DNA of 64,000 nucleotides from the NCBI GenBank assembly GCA_049578505.1, contig JBAUMC010000020.1, positions 1,619-65,618 of the forward strand, read 5' to 3'. The translations under genes were made by a program, and so were the position numbers. Below, in pieces: positions 56,780 to 64,000 of the stretch. The DNA is from Bacteroidota bacterium (lineage in GTDB: Bacteria; Bacteroidota; Ignavibacteria; UBA10030; UBA8401). Numbering within the stretch: the first letter of the stretch is position 1; every line of letters starts with the position of its first letter. The notes under the pieces are model-generated. The model saw only the letters and a program-made list of their open reading frames with translations. It made no database searches and was not told where the DNA came from.

Positions 56780-56810
56780 AGGATGCCTGTTGAAGACGGA
56801 GTGAAACGGT

Positions 56811-57578
56811 TTATTCTTTCGTGACGCGCCGTGCGTCGGGCGGAATATGGAGCGTCATTGGACCAAGGGGGACATTGATATGAATATCGTCGTACTCGAG
56901 CGACACCGAAGTTTGCAATGTGTATTGGCTCAAGCGAACGGTTTGCGGCACTATCGTTCCATCGTCGCGCCGGTCATATTCAAAACGTTCTTCGCTCCAC
57001 ACCTCACCCGCAGAGTCGATGTGCTCGATACCGGTAATAAGCAGAACCTGGCCGTCCACGATGTACCGCGTCGCCCCGTTATTATGACGAAAGAAAAGAA
57101 CGTAAGAATCGTCCCCGATCGTAAAACTGTCCGGTGACGCTTCTTCCGGCAAGAATGTCCGCGTGCCGCAGAACATATCGACAACATCGGCGGGATCGAT
57201 ACGAATATTCATAAAGGCCGGCAAATTGCCTTTGTCAACATCCCCCTCAATGACCTCGTTTTTGAAGCTGTTATAGAAAATGTAATGGTCTTTTGCAAAT
57301 AACGCCGACGCCACGTGGATTCCAAACGGTCCTTCGATATCGACGAGAATTGAGTCGGGTTTCTTCAACCGGAGTTCGAACGAACCTGAATTGGCAAACG
57401 AGGGGGTCTCTGCTGAAATTGATCCCTTAGCTTCGAGGGTGGTAACATCATGCCTGTGCGCGTTGACGGCGTCGATCACCTCTTGTGCGGAACGGTTCGC
57501 CGCAGGCCTGCGAAGTTCTTTGGTCGGAGCACAACCCGAAAGCGCGATCATCGAAAAGAAGATGAGCGCTCTCTTCAT
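56811..57578 (-). CDS. DUF4292-like (LolB-fold) lipoprotein
   Basis: Lipobox MKRALIFFSMIALSGC. I moved the start to the ATG at 57578, which forms an ATGA overlap with the upstream TPR gene stop. The track's longer ORF has a 23-aa non-signal extension. Confidence 0.6.
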   Translation of the reverse strand: MKRALIFFSMIALSGCAPTKELRRPAANRSAQEVIDAVNAHRHDVTTLEAKGSISAETPSFANSGSFELRLKKPDSILVDIEGPFGIHVASALFAKDHYIFYNSFKNEVIEGDVDKGNLPAFMNIRIDPADVVDMFCGTRTFLPEEASPDSFTIGDDSYVLFFRHNNGATRYIVDGQVLLITGIEHIDSAGEVWSEERFEYDRRDDGTIVPQTVRLSQYTLQTSVSLEYDDIHINVPLGPMTLHIPPDARRVTKE

Positions 57579-59296
57579 AGCGAGCCACGCGCCAGTTTCT
57601 CTTTGAGCTGCGTGTTCTTTGAATCTCGTTCCAATGCTTTCGCCCAATACTCTTTCGCTTTGTCGATCTGGCTCAGCTTTGAATAAATATCACCAAGATG
57701 CTCATACACAACGGCACTTGCTTCCCCTGCATCGATGGCTTTCTTAACGTATTTTTCGGCTTCAATGTAATTGCCGAGTTTGAAATAAATCCACCCAAAC
57801 GTATCGAGATACGACGTGTTGAGGGAATCATTTACCAGCGATTCCTTCGACATCATAAATGCACGGTTAAGCTGCTCGCCGCGTTCTGCCAAACTGTACG
57901 CATAATTATTAAGCACCATCGCGTTAAGCGAGTCGACCTTCAGAGCCGCTTCGAACGTTTTATCGGACTCATCGTACCGTTTCAGAGCGTCGTATGTCGA
58001 TGCAAGCGACGATAGTGCATTGATATCTTTAGGATTTATTTCGATTGCCCGCTGGAGCGGGGCAACAGCATCTTCGTTCCGGTCTACACGCGTGTAGCCA
58101 TAGCCGAGCAAAAAATTTATTCCGCCGTCGTTGGGAACAATCTGTCGGGCTTTCTCAAGAACCGAGATTGCCTGGTTAAAATCCTTTTTGTCAAACAGGA
58201 TAGATCCCAGATACCACCATGCTTCGGCGTTCCAGCCCGCGACCTTTGTGACCTTATCAAAGTATTCGTACGCTGCACTGTCATTTTTCTCGATGATCGC
58301 CAGCCGGCCGAGGTAAAACATCGGACGCCAATCATCGGGATAATGGTCGAGAAAATCTACAAATTGTTCTTTTGCGTTTGTGAGAAGCGTCGAGTCTTTC
58401 TGGCTTTGTTCAAGATAGGCTACTGCTATTCTAAAACGAGTATCCGCCGTCAGCGAGTCGCTTTTCAAAATTGTTTCAAACTGTTCGCGCGCCTTATCCC
58501 ATCTGTTTTGCTGCAGATTAATCTCTGCAATGGCACCGCGTATTTCTACACTGCTGGAGTCCAACGCCAGCAAGCCGTTAAAGAGCGCCAAGGCTTTATC
58601 GTACTGCTCCGAGCGGATATACATCTCGCCGAGGTTTTGTTTAAGCGACACGTTGCTCGGGTCGAGCTTTACCATTTCCTCAAATGCGGCGGCGGCCTTA
58701 TCGAACCGATGAAGGTTCGAATTCAGTTCTGCGACTTTAAAAAGGACTTCCCACTCCGGGCCGTTGCGTTCGATAATTTTATTATACATTTCCAACGCCT
58801 CTTGCGGGGACTTCGGTGCCAATAACTGAGCAATATTGAACATGCTCTGGACGTGGGTGGAATCGATTTTCAGGATCATCCTGTATTGTGCAATCGCGGA
58901 GTCAATTTGAAGGGCCTTGATGTAAATATCAGCGAGTGTTTCGCGGTAGGTGATATTCGTTGAATCGAGCTTCACGGCCTCGTTCCCTACTTCGGCCGCA
59001 AGGGCAGGTTTGTTCAACGCAGAATAATCCTTCGCCAGCGCATAATAGATCGCCGGGTCTTTGTCGTACCGCAGCGCATCTTCAAATTCAATGATCGCCT
59101 CGGCGTACTGGTTCTTACTCTCGTACAAGGAGCCGTCGATGAAATGTTGCAGCGCAATTGACTTTCTGTCACTTTGAGCCTGCAATTCGGCTTCACTCGG
59201 CTTTTTCTGAAGCTCGATTTCCTTTTGCGAAGAGCATCCTGCCAGTATCGCTACCATGATCATCACCGGCATAAGATTGCGTAACTTCTCGCTCAT
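57575..59296 (-). CDS. TPR-repeat lipoprotein
   Basis: Lipobox MVAILAGCSS and more than 10 TPR units throughout the 573 aa. Confidence 0.85.
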   Translation of the reverse strand: MSEKLRNLMPVMIMVAILAGCSSQKEIELQKKPSEAELQAQSDRKSIALQHFIDGSLYESKNQYAEAIIEFEDALRYDKDPAIYYALAKDYSALNKPALAAEVGNEAVKLDSTNITYRETLADIYIKALQIDSAIAQYRMILKIDSTHVQSMFNIAQLLAPKSPQEALEMYNKIIERNGPEWEVLFKVAELNSNLHRFDKAAAAFEEMVKLDPSNVSLKQNLGEMYIRSEQYDKALALFNGLLALDSSSVEIRGAIAEINLQQNRWDKAREQFETILKSDSLTADTRFRIAVAYLEQSQKDSTLLTNAKEQFVDFLDHYPDDWRPMFYLGRLAIIEKNDSAAYEYFDKVTKVAGWNAEAWWYLGSILFDKKDFNQAISVLEKARQIVPNDGGINFLLGYGYTRVDRNEDAVAPLQRAIEINPKDINALSSLASTYDALKRYDESDKTFEAALKVDSLNAMVLNNYAYSLAERGEQLNRAFMMSKESLVNDSLNTSYLDTFGWIYFKLGNYIEAEKYVKKAIDAGEASAVVYEHLGDIYSKLSQIDKAKEYWAKALERDSKNTQLKEKLARGSL

Positions 59297-59363
59297 ACAC
59301 TCTCTTCCTTCCTGGTTCCTTTTTAAAAATATATCACTTTCAACGATGAGTTACAAGATACTG

Positions 59364-59862
59364 CAGCGGTGGGTAGTGGGCTATTATGAGTATTCAGGAT
59401 AAAAAAGGAATTGTCATGCCCCCCTAAGGGGGACATCCAGGCCTACCTAAATGGATTCTCGACGAATCGAGTCCTCGACCGGCTTTCGCTCGACGAGTCG
59501 TCGTAGTCTGGCGAACGGAATGACATTTACTTTGAAAGTGCACCACTACCCAACGGTGAGTGTTGGTTCAATTTGTCATTCTCGACTCGGCGAGAATCCA
59601 GCATTGTGTTTTTTAATACATGGGTGCCCACCTTTCCCAAGGGTCCAAAGGACTCAGAGTGTGTGAAAAGTCCACTGAGGTGTCATCCCCGCGAAAGCGG
59701 GGATCCATACCCTGGGAACATAAACTGGATTCCCACTTTCGTGGGAATGACAAAACCGGAGGATTCGTTTTCACACACTCTGAGTCCTTCGGAGGATGCC
59801 TTCGGCACGTGGGCATGACATATTTTTCCTGAAATAGAGCCAGCACCCAACGGGGTAACTGG
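59364..59862. repeat. Cluster R3 of family B hairpin units with nested insertions
   Basis: Units include 59413-59438 GTCATGCCCCCCTAAGGGGGACATCC, 59575-59600 GTCATTCTCGACTCGGCGAGAATCC, 59682-59706 GTCATCCCCGCGAAAGCGGGGATCC and 59727-59752 GGATTCCCACTTTCGTGGGAATGACA. A 20-bp perfect inverted repeat, GGACTCAGAGTGTGTGAAAA (59650-69) / TTTTCACACACTCTGAGTCC (59768-87), sits inside the GCCCAC...GTGGGC hairpin. Confidence 0.8.
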
Positions 59863-60110
59863 ATTGGAATGTTGAATCGTACTCATCTATCCTCTTTCCA
59901 GATGGTACTTCTCAACGGATAACTATTGGACACCGGGTCCTTGAAATAGTAAAAGCATTTACGGAACACCGATAACGAGGTTTCTTCTACGACTATTCCT
60001 ACATGAACCTTGAGCCGATGACGCGGCACATCGCACTCAGTTGGAAGGGAGGTAATAAGAGAATTAGAAAAGAAACCGGCAAAAGCATATTGATGCTCCA
60101 AACCGGAGGG

Positions 60111-60920
60111 CTACACTCTTCCGACGCCTACTTTCTTCACGACCCCCATTTTCGCTCCGAGAAATCTCTCGCCAATCTCCGTGAATTTTGCCGGAATATC
60201 GCTCACAAAGAATTGCAAGTTCGGTTGTTCCTTGCTCAAGTTCTTTAGCCGATGTTCATCCAACGCGGCTTCCACCTCCAGCGCAGTTGCTTCGCCGGAA
60301 TCGATTAACACAGCGGTGCTTTTCAACGCATTCGAGATGACCTTCTTGAGCAGCGGGTAATGGGTGCAACCGAGCACAAGCGTGTCAATTTTTTCCTGCG
60401 AGAACGGGAACAAGTACTCCTTCGCGATCATTTCCGTTGCTTTATGGTCGATCCACCCCTCTTCGACGAGGGGGACAAAAAGCGGACACGGACGGCTGAA
60501 AACAGATACCGTTTCATCAAGTTGTCTGATGGCGTTCGTATACGCATTGCTCGAAATGGTGCCGATGGTTCCGATCACACCGATTCTTTTTTTCTTCGAT
60601 GCTGCCACAGCAGCTTTTGCGCCTGGGATGATAACGCCGACAACCGGCACCTTCGCCCGTTTTTGCACAACATCAAGCGCAACTGCCGAAACCGTGTTGC
60701 AGGCGACGACTATCATCTTCACGTTCTTTGAAAGAAGAAATTCCGCATCCTCTTCCGCATATTCGCGGACAACGTGCGCCGATTTCGGACCGTACGGAAC
60801 GCGAGCGGTATCCCCAAAGTAGACAATATTTTCCTGCGGCAAGCGATGAAGCAGGGCATGAACAACAGTGAGTCCGCCGATCCCCGAATCAAAAACACCT
60901 ATGGGTTTGCTGGTATTCAT
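60111..60920 (-). CDS. murI: Glutamate racemase MurI
   Basis: IGVFDSGIGGLTV, VVACNTVS, LGCTHYPLL. I moved the start to the ATG at 60920, 1 nt after the glnD stop. The track's 51-aa N-terminal extension overlaps glnD. Confidence 0.93.
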   Translation of the reverse strand: MNTSKPIGVFDSGIGGLTVVHALLHRLPQENIVYFGDTARVPYGPKSAHVVREYAEEDAEFLLSKNVKMIVVACNTVSAVALDVVQKRAKVPVVGVIIPGAKAAVAASKKKRIGVIGTIGTISSNAYTNAIRQLDETVSVFSRPCPLFVPLVEEGWIDHKATEMIAKEYLFPFSQEKIDTLVLGCTHYPLLKKVISNALKSTAVLIDSGEATALEVEAALDEHRLKNLSKEQPNLQFFVSDIPAKFTEIGERFLGAKMGVVKKVGVGRV

Positions 60921-60921
60921 A

Positions 60922-63615
60922 TTATTTGGACGACAACTGAATATTGATGAGTTGGTAAATTCTATGCAGAAGCTTTTCTTTGATCTGCCGTTTCTTCTCG
61001 TCGCTTCGGATCGGGATATTATCAGCATCGAGCACGTAAAATGAATCGACGATACCGTCGACGCGTGTCGCAATCTTAGCGAAATGAATGTTCAAGCCTA
61101 GCTGCGAAAATGTCCGGGTCACTTTGTACAAAAACCCCACCGTGTCCGGTGCATAGACATCGATAATGGTAAAGTCCTGGGCATCTTCGAACGCAACGTC
61201 GATCCGTATGTTCGGATGGAAAAGAGGCTTGGGGCGGCGCTTCCAGCGGCGATGATGCCGTTCAAAAAGATGTTCAAGCGAAACATTCCCTTGCATCACA
61301 TCGCCAAAATCTTGTTTGATTTTTTCGACCTGGTCGTCGAGGAGTTTCCCTTTCGTCGCGACGTTGACGACGCGAAATTGATCGATGACGATCCCGTCAT
61401 CGCGGGTAAAGATTTGAGCATCGAAAATATTCGCATCGTTGGCCGAGAGCACACCGCATAAATTCGAAAGAACGAACGGCGCGTCGTGCGTGATCGCGGT
61501 GACTGCGCTGTACGATGCCTCATGATTGATGATTGAGGAAATCGTTCCGAGGCTGCGGATGCCGGCAAGATGACCCGCGATATCCTCCGGGGTAAAAATT
61601 TGCAGGTACGCTTCATTATGAATTGAGACAATGTGGCGTTCCACTTCGTCGCGGGGCAAGAGTTCCGACATTGTGTGGATGACCGACCGGGCCAATTCCT
61701 GGTGCTGTTCTTGCTGGAAAGACACCGCTTCTTTAAACGGAAGCTTCCGTTCCAGAATACTGCGTGTGTGAAGATACAGCTCTTGTAGGAGCATTTCTTT
61801 CCAGGACGTCCAGACATTTTTATTCACGGCGGAGAGATCGCAATACGTAACAAGGAACAACAAATCCAATTGTTCCGGCCGCTGGAATATCTCCGCAAAT
61901 TCGGCGACAGTTTTCGGGTCGCTGATATTGCGCCGAAACGCAATTTGTTCCATCGCAAGGTGATTGCGGATAAGAAAGCCAATGTCGCCGTGTTCGTCCG
62001 GAAAATGAAGACGGGCCAGCACACGACGTGCAACATCGACGCCGCGGATTTCATGCTCTTCAATTCCATGTGGTTTTTCAATATCGTGGAGAAGCAAACC
62101 GAGATACAGGAATTCTTTTTTTTCAAGCCTCTCATATGCCCCCGCAAGAGCTCCCTTGCCGTTGGCAAGCCGCTCCGCGTGTTCGATTGCAATCAGCGTG
62201 TGTGCATCCGCGGTATAGTAATGATAGACGCTGTGCTGAAAAAACGCGACAAGCTCTCCCCATTCCGGAATATATTTCCCAAGAACGTCGAAGTCGTTCA
62301 TTACAGTCAGCGTTGATGCGACGTTGGAAGGCAGTCGAAGAATGTCGAGAAAAATAAGAGCGGCGTCTTCAGCCATTATGCTCTGGGCGTTAAAGAGTTG
62401 CGACGATCGGCCGATCGTGGCAATAGTTCCCTGCAGCGAATGCCCGAGCATCAACGAATGTTTGCCGCACCAATAAAATGCTTTAAGAATTTCCGCCGGT
62501 GTGGAAATTTCGACCGCAGTATTGCGCTGCAGCAGCTCATCGCCGCGCGCGATGAAATGAGCGTCAAGGATTTGTTCCTTCGGTTTTTTCCACGAAGAGG
62601 GTTCAACACTTTTACGGAAATGATTGATCAGGCGCTGGTTGAGACGAAAGATGCTGCGCGCATGAAGAAAATACTCGCGCATAAATTTTTCTACATACTT
62701 CAACTCCCGGTCGTCACCGAAGCCGAGCCCCTTGGCAATTTCCCTCTGAATGGAAAAATCGAGGGAGTCGTGGATGGCTTTCGCGAAGTAGTGGGTTTCG
62801 TGCCGGGTGCGGAGCAAAAAGTTAAGCGCGTTGATCACCGCATCGCGTTCTTCTTTGGATATAACGTTTTTGCGATAAAATGTGTCGATCATGAGTTTGC
62901 ACGATGACTCGACGTTCAGGAAAGGCGATTCTGTGAAATACTCGGTATCCGTCGACCGGTACACCCAGAGGAGGTTGTGGAGATCGCGTAATCCCCCAGC
63001 ACTGTTCTTCACATTCGGTTCGAGCAATTTTACTGAATTGCCGTACTTTTCGTGGCGGTCGTCCATTCCGACCAGGATTGCTTTTACGAAAACGAGATCG
63101 AATTTTTTTTGAATCTGTTTGAAAACATCATCGGCATACAATCGCAGGACGTTTTCGCTACCGCAGACGAACCTGCTTTCCAGGATTGAGGCCCATGAAT
63201 CAACGTCGGTCTCGTAGAGGTTGACGCAATCCTGCACTGTCCGCACGCTGTGCCCAACGTTGAAGCCGGCGTCCCACAACAAGCGAAGAAATTGCTGAAT
63301 AGTTTCGGAGCCCGAATTTTTCGCTTTTTCGTTTTCGGCCAGGATCATCAGGTCAAAATCTGAATGAGGGCAAAGTTCGGAACGGCCGTACCCGCCCAAT
63401 GCGACGACAGCAAAATCGTTGAGGCCGGGGCTGGATTTCCATAGATCGGAGAGTGTTCTATCGACAAGCGATGTCAGGCGGCCACCGACGGTGAAACCAT
63501 CCGCCCCGTTACGGTGCAGTTGAAATATTTCAGCAGACTCAGAGGTATAACGATCTTTGATTGTCACTGACGGCGAAGGAAGAATAACTGGATAGGATAA
63601 TATAAAGAAGAGCAT
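60922..63615 (-). CDS. glnD: [Protein-PII] uridylyltransferase/uridylyl-removing enzyme GlnD
   Basis: Nucleotidyltransferase motif GGYGRSELCPHSDFDLMIL, HD domain (LLHDIEKP), and two C-terminal ACT-like segments. Confidence 0.88.
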   Translation of the reverse strand: MLFFILSYPVILPSPSVTIKDRYTSESAEIFQLHRNGADGFTVGGRLTSLVDRTLSDLWKSSPGLNDFAVVALGGYGRSELCPHSDFDLMILAENEKAKNSGSETIQQFLRLLWDAGFNVGHSVRTVQDCVNLYETDVDSWASILESRFVCGSENVLRLYADDVFKQIQKKFDLVFVKAILVGMDDRHEKYGNSVKLLEPNVKNSAGGLRDLHNLLWVYRSTDTEYFTESPFLNVESSCKLMIDTFYRKNVISKEERDAVINALNFLLRTRHETHYFAKAIHDSLDFSIQREIAKGLGFGDDRELKYVEKFMREYFLHARSIFRLNQRLINHFRKSVEPSSWKKPKEQILDAHFIARGDELLQRNTAVEISTPAEILKAFYWCGKHSLMLGHSLQGTIATIGRSSQLFNAQSIMAEDAALIFLDILRLPSNVASTLTVMNDFDVLGKYIPEWGELVAFFQHSVYHYYTADAHTLIAIEHAERLANGKGALAGAYERLEKKEFLYLGLLLHDIEKPHGIEEHEIRGVDVARRVLARLHFPDEHGDIGFLIRNHLAMEQIAFRRNISDPKTVAEFAEIFQRPEQLDLLFLVTYCDLSAVNKNVWTSWKEMLLQELYLHTRSILERKLPFKEAVSFQQEQHQELARSVIHTMSELLPRDEVERHIVSIHNEAYLQIFTPEDIAGHLAGIRSLGTISSIINHEASYSAVTAITHDAPFVLSNLCGVLSANDANIFDAQIFTRDDGIVIDQFRVVNVATKGKLLDDQVEKIKQDFGDVMQGNVSLEHLFERHHRRWKRRPKPLFHPNIRIDVAFEDAQDFTIIDVYAPDTVGFLYKVTRTFSQLGLNIHFAKIATRVDGIVDSFYVLDADNIPIRSDEKKRQIKEKLLHRIYQLINIQLSSK

Positions 63616-63772
63616 CTCGACTTACAAATACCATTATACTTCGTAGTCACGCCGGGGCCGGGACCCGAATGATGCCATGTTTTGCTCAACTGATACAAGA
63701 ATAATTTCGCAAGGCGTAAGTCTGAAACAATAAAAATTATGGCATCATTTTTTAGGGATCAATCATATTCTC

Positions 63773-64000
63773 TCATCTTAATTTTGTTGCCACGACTGCT
63801 ACGTCCTTCAATGCATGCACAACGCCGCCGGAAGAGTCAAGCGCTTCAAAAAGGATGATGTACATTCCAATTCTCACGCGGCGATTGTAGTCGTCGAGTC
63901 CGTTCCAAAGAATTGTCCCCGAAGAAGAGGCAGGTTCGTTATTCACAAGCGTCCGAACCAACCTCCCTTGAACGTCGTAACATCGCACACGGATCATTGA
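63773..64000 (-). CDS. C-terminal end of a larger secreted protein carrying a T9SS-type C-terminal sorting domain (partial; the N-terminus is beyond the window end)
   Basis: The frame stays open to the window edge. IRVRCYDVQGRLVRTLVNNEPASSSGTILWNGLDDYNRRVRIGMYIILFEA follows the Por/T9SS CTD (FlgD-Ig-like) pattern. Confidence 0.6.
   Translation of the reverse strand, partial: SMIRVRCYDVQGRLVRTLVNNEPASSSGTILWNGLDDYNRRVRIGMYIILFEALDSSGGVVHALKDVAVVATKLR

Noticed and set aside
13273-59862. Whether the clustered hairpin repeats could be CRISPR arrays.
   Set aside because: The units are inverted relative to each other, of variable length, and not separated by uniform-length unique spacers. No cas genes are present.
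59451-59886. Five overlapping ORFs on both strands (59451-59666, 59573-59818, 59613-59846, 59620-59832, 59683-59886).
   Set aside because: All lie inside repeat cluster R3. They give the typical repeat-derived peptides (…SFPRKRGS…, …IPTFVGMT…).
59883-60101. 72-aa minus-strand ORF just downstream of murI.
   Set aside because: It has no recognisable motif, odd composition and no ribosome-binding site that I could see. It could be a small gene, but I cannot support it.
60921-61073. Longer track versions of murI (to 61073), the DUF2752-like gene (to 6369), the DUF4292-like gene (to 57647), dnaX (to 47384) and others that start at TTG or GTG.
   Set aside because: The extensions overlap the upstream gene or precede an obvious canonical N-terminus (a signal peptide, or MPYQ.. 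for DnaX). In-frame ATG starts give tidy junctions.

Overview
All calls below come from reading the sequence and ORF track by eye. No homology, fold or covariance searches were run, so every family name is a motif-based call.

This is a 64 kb bacterial chromosomal window. Several features suggest an FCB-group organism (Ignavibacteria/Bacteroidota-like), at low confidence: a T9SS-type C-terminal sorting domain, the TPR-DUF4292-M23 synteny, a DUF4159/DUF4175 pair, and visible Shine-Dalgarno use.

Essentially every convincing gene is on the minus strand.

**Gene content, in coordinate order:**
- A 3'-truncated ettA.
- A NitT/TauT-type ABC importer (ATPase plus fused double permease, no binding protein).
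- A four-gene membrane cluster: TM2, DUF2752-like, a small polytopic protein and an M48 protease.
- An ECF sigma factor with a long C-terminal extension, followed by YCII-like, VOC and internally duplicated small proteins.
- A beta-carbonic-anhydrase-like protein.
- A polytopic TPR membrane protein.
- A second VOC paralogue.
- A delta-9-type desaturase.
- A DUF4159-like/DUF4175-like pair.
- A complete 16-gene dcw cluster: mraZ-rsmH-ftsL-ftsI-murE-murF-mraY-murD-ftsW-murG-(membrane PH-like ORF)-murC-murB-ftsQ-ftsA-ftsZ.
- A HAD phosphatase, mfd, a secreted GATase1-like protein, dnaX and lon.
- A TetR-MFP-RND efflux operon.
- An M23 peptidase, a DUF4292 lipoprotein and a TPR lipoprotein.
- murI, glnD, and the C-terminus of a T9SS cargo protein.

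**Best candidate for something undescribed (38.1-40.05 kb).** A visibly AT-rich ~1.4 kb insertion sits between the mraZ promoter and the HAD/mfd genes. It encodes:
- a 173-aa protein with an RNxxxH (HEPN-type) motif;
- a hidden 43-aa very basic ORF that overlaps the 173-aa gene's 3' end;
- a 150-aa single-pass membrane protein.

Next to it lies a ~530 nt non-coding stretch packed with long nested hairpins. Two of them carry GNRA loops on the plus strand.

**Other notable signals:**
- Several families of intergenic hairpin repeats. One GTCAT...GAAA...ATCC family shows compensatory stem changes and nested self-insertion.
- Small palindromic elements inserted inside the dcw operon.
- A likely MraZ operator (three GTGSR boxes at 10-nt phase).
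- An A9 slippery tract in dnaX with an immediate -1-frame stop.
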